Origin: Candidatus Heimdallarchaeota archaeon
GTDB lineage: Archaea; Asgardarchaeota; Heimdallarchaeia; Heimdallarchaeales; Heimdallarchaeaceae
DNA length: 43,524 bases
Reading direction: 5' to 3'
Assembly: GCA_016840095.1 (NCBI GenBank)
Contig: JAEOSZ010000047.1
Coordinates: 1 to 43,524, forward strand
The notes beneath the pieces are model-generated. The model worked only from the letters and a program-made list of their open reading frames with translations. It was not told the DNA's origin and searched no databases. The number at the start of each line of letters is the position of its first letter. Within the stretch, counting starts at the first letter, position 1. The translations under genes and the position numbers were made by a program. Shown one piece after another: positions 17,276-26,467 of the stretch.

Positions 17276-19066
17276 TTACCCAATAAAAAATAGGGTACTT
17301 TCTTCAAAACTAGTATTAACATTATCCCAGTCAATTTCCCTTGCTAATGTTCTTTTTCCTGAATCAATCAAGCTGTTTACTCTTCTGGCATGCAAAATTT
17401 CATTTGCTTTTCTAATCAGAGAACGTCTTTGATATTCTGGTTCTGGTCTTGCAATAGTCATCGCTGTTCTTGCTTGTTTTTCTGCTAATATGCCAATTAG
17501 AACCTTTTCCCCTCTAACAAATTCAACTAAACGATAGACATCTGGATTCAATTTACTTTCAAAGAATGCTTCTTCAGGAGTAATAGAAAGAATTTTTTCT
17601 TTGTAGCTCACAGATATGAACTTTTTAGTAACCTCTAAAATACCTATTACTGGATCTAAAAATTCGGTTGGGAATTTTATTGGTGATTCTGAATAGAATA
17701 CTGTTGGAGGTGTGGCTTCTTCAGTATAGAATGATGATGACTTATCTAGAATTTGTTGCGATTCAATCACTCCACTAATAACGAAATTATCTTCTCGATA
17801 CGAGTCATAAACCTCTTCTCCAACACCTATACCTGAGACACTTGTTAAAATTAATTCATCGAGAATCAATCTAGACCAAGCATCAATTGGAATTGTTTTC
17901 TTCACTGTTGATTTCTTAACTGTGGGTTCTTTTTTCTTCTTGAATGCTGCAAAGAGCTTTCCAAAGAATCCTTTAGGCTTTGGTGCTTCTTCAATTTCAA
18001 TCTTTTCTTCAGTAATCTCTCTTTCCTCTTTACCTCGTTTAAGAATATCCATTTGAGGTAGAATCTTACTATATTTTTCAATTGAGCCGATATCCTCCAA
18101 TTTCAGTTGTAATAAAGCTTCAACTTCTTTAAGATTAATATCATCAAGAGGACTTAACAATCCAATCCAACCTTCAGCAGTAGCTGTTTTTGCATGTACA
18201 ACAAAGAAATTGATTTCACTTGTTATTGTGTTAAGTTTGTTAGTAAATCTAATATATTTGAGCAGATGAGGATATTCTCCACTGAGAAGTTTTGTAGTGT
18301 TCTTGAACTCTTTTGAAACTTGTGAAGTCTTGAGTATTGGTATCAATGATTCAAATTTCTCACCTTTAGATTCTTCATCTTGCCATTTGAAATAATAAAA
18401 CATAGTTGATTCCTTGAAATAAGGAATAGGTACTGCTGGATTTGGTTCTCCTTCTGCAGTTTTTATGAAATGATTAGCAATAATTTGTGCAACTATACCA
18501 GATTTTTTTGACACTATGACATCATGAAGACCTTTCCAGTTTTCTTTGGATTTAGAAAAAATAGACTGACACAAAGCTGTTTCCATAAGAATTGAAATCC
18601 AACCAGTCTTAAGAGATGGCATCTTCTCTCTAACAAAACTCAATAGATGTCTGGTATAGTAATCAGCAACTAATGCAGCTGCAATATGTTTAGCTACACC
18701 TCTATCTAATAAATAATAATATCTCTTTCTTAGAATTGAGGAAACCTTGTAAGTGAAAGCTACAAGATGTGTTAACTCATACCAAGATTCCTCTCCAGGT
18801 ATCGACACTTTCTTCCAAAAGTCAATTATTTCTTGTCTTCTTACAGAATCATCTAACTCGAATTTTACTTCAGAAGACATAATAATGTAATCAGCAGTAT
18901 AGAGCGCAGAAACAACAAGATTGTTCGATATATCAAAATCAGCTTGGTATTCACCTATCAAGTCCTTACTCATAGTTTTATACCGATCAAAAAGGGTTTG
19001 AAGCTGATGAACTCTCTTAGCTTCTTGATATTCTTTCTCTAAAAATTGATAGATAATATCCTTCAT
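17276..19066 (-). CDS. Hypothetical protein; helical N-terminus, internal amphipathic/basic linker, possible C-terminal longin-like domain
   Basis: 596-aa open frame with genome-typical composition; no recognisable enzyme motif. Confidence 0.6.
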   Translation of the reverse strand: MKDIIYQFLEKEYQEAKRVHQLQTLFDRYKTMSKDLIGEYQADFDISNNLVVSALYTADYIIMSSEVKFELDDSVRRQEIIDFWKKVSIPGEESWYELTHLVAFTYKVSSILRKRYYYLLDRGVAKHIAAALVADYYTRHLLSFVREKMPSLKTGWISILMETALCQSIFSKSKENWKGLHDVIVSKKSGIVAQIIANHFIKTAEGEPNPAVPIPYFKESTMFYYFKWQDEESKGEKFESLIPILKTSQVSKEFKNTTKLLSGEYPHLLKYIRFTNKLNTITSEINFFVVHAKTATAEGWIGLLSPLDDINLKEVEALLQLKLEDIGSIEKYSKILPQMDILKRGKEEREITEEKIEIEEAPKPKGFFGKLFAAFKKKKEPTVKKSTVKKTIPIDAWSRLILDELILTSVSGIGVGEEVYDSYREDNFVISGVIESQQILDKSSSFYTEEATPPTVFYSESPIKFPTEFLDPVIGILEVTKKFISVSYKEKILSITPEEAFFESKLNPDVYRLVEFVRGEKVLIGILAEKQARTAMTIARPEPEYQRRSLIRKANEILHARRVNSLIDSGKRTLAREIDWDNVNTSFEESTLFFIG

Positions 19067-19151
19067 TACAAATAAGTTTACTATAGATAAATTAAATCTA
19101 TCGTAACTATCGTAAGAGAAAGTTTATTTTTAGAGACAAGAATATAGTTTT

Positions 19152-19223
19152 GCGCAGATAGTGATGTTGGTTTTACCGTTGGAGCTCGATGCAATGAAAA
19201 TAACGGCACCTCTGAATCTGCGC
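19152..19223 (+). ncRNA. Box C/D guide sRNA (target unknown)
   Basis: Perfect 8-bp terminal stem GCGCAGAT/ATCTGCGC; C box GTGATGT (19161-19167); D box CTGA (19212-19215); degenerate D' TCGA (19186-19189) and C' ATGAAAA (19194-19200); GC-rich relative to flanks; TATA-like element at 19123-19130. Confidence 0.75.
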
Positions 19224-19228
19224 CTTAC

Positions 19229-20623
19229 TTATACATCTAGTTTAGCCTTTCTATTTTGCTTGTTCCAATAATTACGGTAAATTAATCCAGTTTTTACTTT
19301 TACAGGCATCTTCTCAATTTTCTTGATCCATTCACTGACTTTTTTTATGCTCTGATCAAAAGCCTCATTGGAGATTTGCGCCATTTTTTCAATTGTTTCT
19401 TCTGTTATCCTTTTATTTGCTGTTTTGATTATCTCTTCTGTTTTTTTCAAAAATTCTTCTTCCAGTGCATCTCGTTCTTCCTTGAAAGAAGACATTCTAT
19501 TTCTATAATCTAGATTTACTAATCTCTGGAACTTCTCATTAATCCACCAGAAACCTTCTGAGTTGTAAGTTCCATCTGATGGCTTTAGTTTAGTCTGTAA
19601 ACCAGGTTTAGGCAGATAGATTGGTTTGTATGTGCTTATACATGGAATAGAAGATCCAGTTACCCAATGAACCTGCATATCCTTCATTATATGTGATACT
19701 GAAGAACCTGCTGTTTGATCTGGAAGAGCGATATTAGTTGCATGATGACATGGACTTTTTGCTTTAGCTCTTGATGATGACCATTTCTTTTCTTCTTCAG
19801 CTGTGATGTTGTGGTTTCTGAGTACATCCATTACATCTTTTGGGGTAATTTTACCTTTTTTGCTTAGCATTAATTTAGTTGTACACTCTAGTCTTTTGCT
19901 TCCTTTGGTGAATTTATGAGATCTTGGGCTATTTTCAGATAATGCATGATATACTCTAAATTTAGGAATAAAATCTCTAGCAAAACTAAACTCCTTAGTT
20001 GACTTGCTATATCCTTTCTCAACTGCATGCTTTATCAAATCAGGGTGTATAAAATCATATTCTTTTTCAATTGTCAGAGTGTTTGAGATTGATCGGATAT
20101 CCTTTACTTTTTCAGCAATCCAATATTTGTCTGCTGTTTCAAGAACCCAAGCTTCTTCCTTATCCGCTATTATGAAGGAGTTATGGTAATTTCTTTTAGT
20201 CATGTTGTAAGAACAGGGACCTCCCTGCCCATACTTCTCTAAAAGTGTTGTAATAGTCTCTAGTGCTTTTTTTGCGGTAGATTCTCTTTCTAAAGCCAGT
20301 CTCATAAGATCCATTCCTAGTAAACCGGTATCACGAATTGGTTCCTTACTATAAACTGCTTCATTTCCAATAGTTACTCCATGCTCATTTGCTCCCATTT
20401 CACAACCAAACATCCAGAAAGGTTTCAAAAGAAGAACATCAAAAGTCTGTTCTACTTGCGGTACAGAGATGTAGGTACAATCGACTTTGGAATTAGCTTT
20501 GTGCTTCTTACCTTTAATATATTCTATATTATGAGCTTCATTTGGGAGTCTATTCGAATTCTTGCCTAGAATTACACTTCCATCTTTAGTTGCTTTTCCA
20601 ACAGCTACAACAGTATCACACAT
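19229..20623 (-). CDS. C69 family dipeptidase / secernin-like Ntn-hydrolase
   Basis: N-terminal M-C-D-T nucleophile; GKNS, GCEMGANEHGV.IGNEA, LLGMDLMRLALER, YHNSF, AWVLET motifs. Confidence 0.93.
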   Translation of the reverse strand: MCDTVVAVGKATKDGSVILGKNSNRLPNEAHNIEYIKGKKHKANSKVDCTYISVPQVEQTFDVLLLKPFWMFGCEMGANEHGVTIGNEAVYSKEPIRDTGLLGMDLMRLALERESTAKKALETITTLLEKYGQGGPCSYNMTKRNYHNSFIIADKEEAWVLETADKYWIAEKVKDIRSISNTLTIEKEYDFIHPDLIKHAVEKGYSKSTKEFSFARDFIPKFRVYHALSENSPRSHKFTKGSKRLECTTKLMLSKKGKITPKDVMDVLRNHNITAEEEKKWSSSRAKAKSPCHHATNIALPDQTAGSSVSHIMKDMQVHWVTGSSIPCISTYKPIYLPKPGLQTKLKPSDGTYNSEGFWWINEKFQRLVNLDYRNRMSSFKEERDALEEEFLKKTEEIIKTANKRITEETIEKMAQISNEAFDQSIKKVSEWIKKIEKMPVKVKTGLIYRNYWNKQNRKAKLDV

Positions 20624-20672
20624 GGTAATGGGTGATGAAACTAGTAATAAAAAAAAGTTTGCACCGATTCTG

Positions 20673-22019
20673 TTAGAAACGGTGAATTAGATTAGCAATG
20701 ATCTTCATGCCAATTACAAAATCATCAATAAAGATATTCTCATTTGGGGCATGAGTATTTGAGTTTGAATGACCACAACCTATTGACACACAAGGAACTC
20801 CCTCAAATAGGTACATGGGACCTGATCCTCCCACTAAAGGCCATATATCTGGTTCTTTGTTTTCTACATCTTTTATAGATTCAATAACTTTCTGAGCAAA
20901 TGTATTATTAATAGAAGTTTTAGCTGCTGGGTAACCATCCCATTCTGTTATTTCAATATGCTCAAAGTTATTCTCATCCCAAAATTTCCTAATTTTCTGA
21001 AGTAAATCTACAGGTTCTTGACCAGGTACTAATCTAAAATCAATTTTTGCAAAAGCTTCCTTTGGAGTTACTGTTTTGCTACCTGGACCTTGATATCCAC
21101 TCCATAAACCACAAATATTACAAGTTGGTTCTAGAAAATATTTCGTTTTCATCTCTAGTCCTTCTAGGTTCAAACGAAACTTATCAATACCGAAGTTCTG
21201 TTTGAATAAGTCTTCCTTAAGATTAAAATTTTCAATATTCTTCATATCTTCTAGTGATGGTTCAGGGATATTATCATAGAAACCAGGAACAAGAATTTTG
21301 TCTTTTCTATTCTTCAAAGCTGATAATGCCCAACTCATCTCATAAGCTGCATTGTCAACAAATTGAGTAGAACCACTATGAGTATCTCTACCAATTGTTT
21401 CAGTCCTTAAGTGTAAGTAGAGGATACCTTTGACTCCTAAGTAAACACTTTGAATTCCTTCAACATCTCTACTACCAGATTCCCAGATACAAAGATCAGC
21501 ATCTGTTATGAACTCCTTATTCTTATCAATAAATTCCTTCAAATTTATGGAACCGATTTCTTCTTCTCCTTCAATCACAAATTTGATATTGACTGGAGGT
21601 TTTCCAAAGACCTTATTATATGCCTTTATTGCCTCAAGTCTGCATATTATATCCCCCTTGTTATCAGATACTCCTCTTGCGAATATCTTTTCATCTCTAA
21701 TTGTAGGTTTGAAAGGAGGTGAATCCCACAATTCAACAGGTTCTTCTGGTTGAACATCATAATGATCATAAAACAATAATGTTTTTTCTGCTCCAACATC
21801 CATTTCTGCACAGAAAACTGGATTACCAGCTGTTTCTCCAATAAAACAGGAAAAACCTGCTTCTTCAAAGGATTTACTTAGAAACTCTATAGCTTCTGTA
21901 CTACCCATTCCCTTGGCTGCTACACTAGGAATCTTGAGAAATTCTGAAAGAAGTTTTATTGAATAATCTTTTCTTTGTTCAATTAAATGATAAACATCGT
22001 CCAATGTCATTTGTATCAT
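20673..22019 (-). CDS. M20 family metallopeptidase (dipeptidase-like), tandem copy 2
   Basis: YDHYDVQP, RGVSDNKG, EGEEE, WE, HSG and HAPNE motifs. Confidence 0.93.
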   Translation of the reverse strand: MIQMTLDDVYHLIEQRKDYSIKLLSEFLKIPSVAAKGMGSTEAIEFLSKSFEEAGFSCFIGETAGNPVFCAEMDVGAEKTLLFYDHYDVQPEEPVELWDSPPFKPTIRDEKIFARGVSDNKGDIICRLEAIKAYNKVFGKPPVNIKFVIEGEEEIGSINLKEFIDKNKEFITDADLCIWESGSRDVEGIQSVYLGVKGILYLHLRTETIGRDTHSGSTQFVDNAAYEMSWALSALKNRKDKILVPGFYDNIPEPSLEDMKNIENFNLKEDLFKQNFGIDKFRLNLEGLEMKTKYFLEPTCNICGLWSGYQGPGSKTVTPKEAFAKIDFRLVPGQEPVDLLQKIRKFWDENNFEHIEITEWDGYPAAKTSINNTFAQKVIESIKDVENKEPDIWPLVGGSGPMYLFEGVPCVSIGCGHSNSNTHAPNENIFIDDFVIGMKIIANLIHRF

Positions 22020-22063
22020 CTAATAGAGGAAAGACCTTTATTAATAATTTCTTAATTATCGGT

Positions 22064-23431
22064 TTATCCAAACCGATGAATTAAATTTGCTATAGTTTTC
22101 ATTCCAATTACAAAATCATCAATGAAGATATTTTCATTTGGAGCATGAGCATTTGCATTAGCATGACCACAACCAATTGAAATACAAGGAACACCTTCAA
22201 ACAAATACATGGGACCTGATCCTCCAACCATGGGCCAAATAACAGGATCATGACCTTCAACTTCCTTTATAGTTTCTATTACTTTCAAGGCAAAAGAATC
22301 ATTGATTGATGTTTGTGCAGCTTCATACCCATCCCAACTTGAGATTTCTATGTGATTGAAACCAATGTCATCCCAATATTTTCGTATTTTTGCAGCTAAA
22401 TCCTTTGCATCTTGTCCAGGAACAAGTCGAAAGTCAACTTTGGCAAAAGCTTCATTTGGTGTAACTGTTTTTCCACCAGGTCCTTGGTATCCACTCCATA
22501 AACCACAGATGTTACAGGTAGGTTCTAAGAAATATTTCTTCTTCATATCCAAACCAGACATACCTAATCTGAAACTATCTACACCAAAATTCTCTTTGAA
22601 TAATTCCTCTTTTAGATTGAAATCCTCAAGAATTTTCATATCTTCAGGAGAAGGTTCAGGAATGTTATCATAGAATCCAGGAACAAGAATCTTGTCATTT
22701 CTATCTTTCAAGGCAGATAAAGCCCAGCTCATTTCATAGGCAGCATTGTTAACGAATTGAGTGTAACCACTATGGACATCTCTTCCTATGGTATTTGTTT
22801 TCAAATGAAGATAGAGAATACCTTTAACACCTAAATAGACTTCCTGAATACCGTCTCCATCTCTTCCTCCAAATTCCCAAATACATCCATCGGCATCTGC
22901 TATGAATTCTTTATTGTCTTTCACAAATTCATCTAGATTTGGTGAGCCAACTTCTTCTTCTCCTTCAATTACGAATTTGATGTTAACTGGAGGTTTTCCA
23001 AATATTTCATTATATGCTTTTATTGCTTGAAGTCTGCAAATTATCTCTCCTTTATTGTCAGAAACACCTCTAGCAAATATCTTTCCATCTCGAATTGTAG
23101 GTTCAAAAGGTGGAGAATCCCATAAATCTATTGGATCTTCAGGTTGAACGTCATAATGATCATAGAACAATAAAGTCTTGTCAGCTCCAACATTCATTTC
23201 AGCACAAAAAACAGGATTACCTGAAGTTTCTGCAAGAAAATATGTAAATCCTGCTTCTTCAAAATGTTTAGAAAGAAACTCTATAGCTTCTGGACCTCCT
23301 GTGTTCTTTGCAGCAATACTAGGTATCTTGAGCAACTCACAAAGTAAATCAACTGAAGCATCTTTGTTTTGTTCAATTATATTATATACATCTTCTAATG
23401 TCATAACTCTCATTTTAGCATAAAAACTCAA
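22064..23431 (-). CDS. M20 family metallopeptidase (dipeptidase-like), tandem copy 1
   Basis: Same motif set as 20673-22019. True start is probably a downstream ATG (MRV or MTLEDV). Confidence 0.93.
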   Translation of the reverse strand: MSFYAKMRVMTLEDVYNIIEQNKDASVDLLCELLKIPSIAAKNTGGPEAIEFLSKHFEEAGFTYFLAETSGNPVFCAEMNVGADKTLLFYDHYDVQPEDPIDLWDSPPFEPTIRDGKIFARGVSDNKGEIICRLQAIKAYNEIFGKPPVNIKFVIEGEEEVGSPNLDEFVKDNKEFIADADGCIWEFGGRDGDGIQEVYLGVKGILYLHLKTNTIGRDVHSGYTQFVNNAAYEMSWALSALKDRNDKILVPGFYDNIPEPSPEDMKILEDFNLKEELFKENFGVDSFRLGMSGLDMKKKYFLEPTCNICGLWSGYQGPGGKTVTPNEAFAKVDFRLVPGQDAKDLAAKIRKYWDDIGFNHIEISSWDGYEAAQTSINDSFALKVIETIKEVEGHDPVIWPMVGGSGPMYLFEGVPCISIGCGHANANAHAPNENIFIDDFVIGMKTIANLIHRFG

Positions 23432-23468
23432 TCTTTAAGATTTTCTCAATAACTAGAAAAAGAAGAAG

Positions 23469-24317
23469 TTACTTAAGATTAAGTAGTTCCTCATAGAATC
23501 CTTTCACTAATTCTAAAATGATTTCTAAATCCATTGACTTAGTGAAGCTGAATTCAATACTTTTTTTCTCAATTTTCAAGTAGTTTAATGATTCGAATAT
23601 TTTTTTGAAATCATCATCTAAATCCAAAGTTTTCTTGAAATAATTCCAATCAGTAGATGCAGTATTTTCAAAATTGAAATCCTCTTCTAGATTAAGTGAT
23701 AGTAAGAAAGGTTGACTTTTCAAAAAAATACCATTGAAAATGAGATTATTTACTTCATCAATTTGTATAATACTTCCGATTACAAAATTAAGTTTAGATT
23801 TATCTGGAAAATTAAATGAAAAATTAGGTCCTGATTCATCGAAATAAAACTTTAAGTTTTCTACTTCAAGATGTAAAAGATTTTTTCTTAACTTCTCCAT
23901 GATAATTAAATCATCCTCTTCAAGAATCTCACTCATTCTAACCATCTTATCTTCAGAACCTCCAATGATTGATTCTTTCATCTCATAATTCCACATCTCT
24001 TTGTCATCTAGAATACTAAATGAAAAATCATCTCCAGTGCTAATATTACCAAAGAACACCCCCTTTTCTACACGTTTTTGATGAAGCCATTCTTGGTGTG
24101 TTACAACTCTTGGTTTTCCAGGTACTCTGTCAACTAAACCCTTTCTAGAAAGCTTAGAATCTGAAGTTTCTGGTATATCCTTTCTGAAAGAAGCTGTCTC
24201 TTCAATAACTTTTTTCTTTTTTTTCCTGTCCTTCATTATCTTCTTAATCCCTGTTTTTTTGTGTGCTAGTATGATTCTTTTAGTTGATCTAACCATCTGG
24301 TTTGCACTTCTTGGCAA
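23469..24317 (-). CDS. Hypothetical protein; C-terminal domain paralogous to the middle domain of the upstream RING protein
   Basis: Aligns by eye with 24266-25531 (F.FP...K..F..G....I.....I..GI..K.QPF.L.L). True start is probably the ATG of MKDRKKKKK near 24236. Confidence 0.6.
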   Translation of the reverse strand: MPRSANQMVRSTKRIILAHKKTGIKKIMKDRKKKKKVIEETASFRKDIPETSDSKLSRKGLVDRVPGKPRVVTHQEWLHQKRVEKGVFFGNISTGDDFSFSILDDKEMWNYEMKESIIGGSEDKMVRMSEILEEDDLIIMEKLRKNLLHLEVENLKFYFDESGPNFSFNFPDKSKLNFVIGSIIQIDEVNNLIFNGIFLKSQPFLLSLNLEEDFNFENTASTDWNYFKKTLDLDDDFKKIFESLNYLKIEKKSIEFSFTKSMDLEIILELVKGFYEELLNLK

Positions 24318-25531
24318 TTAGGACATTTTTGATGATTATCTAACCACATTATCATGTGTAATTTGTGAGCATAAACTCCGCAGCATGGTGTTTGAACTAT
24401 ATCTTCTTTTTCTGAAGCATGAAGTGCCAACCTACAAATCATACAATATGGTCTAGGATTTCCACATGATGTACATTCAGTATCTTCAAAGCTTAATTTT
24501 TCACCACAACTAAGACACTTTAATTCTTCAACATCTAAAATCCCTATATCAATTCTTAATAGCTCAGAAGAGAGTTTCTTAACTAAATTTAGGTAGTTTT
24601 CTAAATTATCAATATCTGTTATATTTCCAGTTATATATTTCTTGTCAATCATTAAATGATCAATGAACTCATAATTCTCTTCTAATATCTGCTTAAATTC
24701 TTCTTTTGCTAGAATTCCTTCTTTGACAATTGAGAAACTGCTAATAACAGCAAATTTGTTCTCTTTTTCAAGTTCACTTTTGTGAAGAGTTAAGGAAAAT
24801 GGTTGGTATTTATTGAGAATTCCCTCTACAATAATCTTTTTATCAGATACTATGTTTAGAACTACTCCTGTAATAAAAGCAAACTTTCCTTCTTTTGGGA
24901 ATTCAAAAATGAGATTTATTTTTGCTTCGTCATAGGTAAGTTGGATATTCTTACCACCTAATTCAATTATTTTTTGTCTAGTATTCCCAAGAAATTGAAG
25001 AGTTTTCTTATCAAAAACTTGTTCTAGACTAGGATTATATCCAGAAGTTCTTACTTCTGCTGCACTTGATAAGAAATCTGCAAATCTACTAATTGCTGGG
25101 AAATCATTAAACGCTCCTCCAATTTTTCCATAATATTTCCTCTTTCTTACATCATCATCATGCATAATTTCAGCTGTACTAATCAGAACACTTACAGGCT
25201 GTCCATGGTCAGCTACAGGTCCTATATCTACAAATCCAGGGCTTGTATATCTAGATTGATCTTTATGAATAGAACGTGGAACTTGATGACTATCTCCTAC
25301 TCTTAAAAGTTTGTCGACTTCTTCTTTGGCACTTTTATTAGCAGATCTCCTTGATATAATAATTAAAGCAGGTAAAGATACGACTATTATCACTTCAACT
25401 ACTATAGCATAATATAGGTCAGGTATAGCTAAAAATATTATTACTGTTAAAACAATTAATAACACTGTTGCACTAATTTCCAATAGTCTTGATGTAAAGA
25501 ATTCTTTTATTCTATTAGCCCCATTCTTCAT
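24266..25531 (-). CDS. Membrane-anchored zinc-ribbon + RING-finger protein (putative E3 ubiquitin ligase)
   Basis: Two N-terminal TM helices; CLSC-x10-CTSC ribbon; CMIC...PCC....H..H...WL.....CPNC. Confidence 0.75.
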   Translation of the reverse strand: MKNGANRIKEFFTSRLLEISATVLLIVLTVIIFLAIPDLYYAIVVEVIIVVSLPALIIISRRSANKSAKEEVDKLLRVGDSHQVPRSIHKDQSRYTSPGFVDIGPVADHGQPVSVLISTAEIMHDDDVRKRKYYGKIGGAFNDFPAISRFADFLSSAAEVRTSGYNPSLEQVFDKKTLQFLGNTRQKIIELGGKNIQLTYDEAKINLIFEFPKEGKFAFITGVVLNIVSDKKIIVEGILNKYQPFSLTLHKSELEKENKFAVISSFSIVKEGILAKEEFKQILEENYEFIDHLMIDKKYITGNITDIDNLENYLNLVKKLSSELLRIDIGILDVEELKCLSCGEKLSFEDTECTSCGNPRPYCMICRLALHASEKEDIVQTPCCGVYAHKLHMIMWLDNHQKCPNCQEVQTRWLDQLKESY

Positions 25532-25571
25532 TCTTGAGCTATATTAGGAATAATCTTCTATATATAAGCTC

Positions 25572-26387
25572 TCATTCAAAGGAACCTTGAGTAACATGCT
25601 GTTGACTCAGATATTCTACAGCAAGCTCATATTGATGAGGTTTATCAACATCCATAGCTACTTCTGCAAATGGAACAGTTAGACTCTTCCCTTTCAAACC
25701 CAAAGCTCTAGCAAAGATTTTTTCAGCTTGTTTCAAGGAGAGTTTTCCCCTCATAGCTTGAATTGATCTGAAAGGGGAGAGAAAGAAAGCTATCAAGAAG
25801 AAGTTCTTGCGTTTCTCTTGTATTTTTTGTAATTTTTTCTTCCATTTAGAAAATTTATGAGCTCTAAATAAATATAAATCTCCGGCACATATTCTGTTCT
25901 TCTTAAAATTGTAAAAGGATCTACCTGAACCTGGGAAAGTTTCATCCATCACTTCTTTGGTTACAATAGACTGTACAAAATCTGCATCAAGTTTAAGTGC
26001 ATTTTCTATGAAATGATCTACTGCAGTCGGTTTGATTGTTGGAATATCTCCACTTGCTACCGCAACATATTCAGGAGGTCCTCCTTCATTGCTAATAAAC
26101 CATTGATTCCAAGCTTCAAGCTTTTCTGTAATTTTACTTTCTGGTGGAAATGGGATATATATCACATCATCATCTGGAAATTGCTCTTTTTTCATTCCCA
26201 CAACGAATATTCTTCTAACAAATTTGCTCTTTTTTAATGCGCCAATTACCCATTCTAGCATAGGTTTACCACAAATTGGCAAAAGAGCTTTCAGAGGGAT
26301 TCTTTTCTTCTTACTCAGTTTGAAAAGATCAATATCATGTTTAGATCTGCCAACAAGTACAAGTGTATCGGTAGCCTTGCCCCCCAT
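25572..26387 (-). CDS. MobA-like nucleotidyltransferase (NTP_transf_3 family)
   Basis: VLVG, KALLPICGKPM, SGDIP and MDVDKP motifs. Confidence 0.85.
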   Translation of the reverse strand: MGGKATDTLVLVGRSKHDIDLFKLSKKKRIPLKALLPICGKPMLEWVIGALKKSKFVRRIFVVGMKKEQFPDDDVIYIPFPPESKITEKLEAWNQWFISNEGGPPEYVAVASGDIPTIKPTAVDHFIENALKLDADFVQSIVTKEVMDETFPGSGRSFYNFKKNRICAGDLYLFRAHKFSKWKKKLQKIQEKRKNFFLIAFFLSPFRSIQAMRGKLSLKQAEKIFARALGLKGKSLTVPFAEVAMDVDKPHQYELAVEYLSQQHVTQGSFE

Positions 26388-26467
26388 AGGTCGCTTAATT
26401 TTGAAGATGTTAATAAATACTCAGTCGCAACGAAAGATGAAAAGTTTAAAAATTACATTTATCTCAT

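Noticed and set aside
19152-19223. Alternative reading of the structured RNA as a SECIS element, tRNA or terminator
   Set aside because: There is no same-strand UGA-containing gene nearby, no continuous SECIS upper helix and no cloverleaf; the C and D boxes abutting a terminal stem explain it better.
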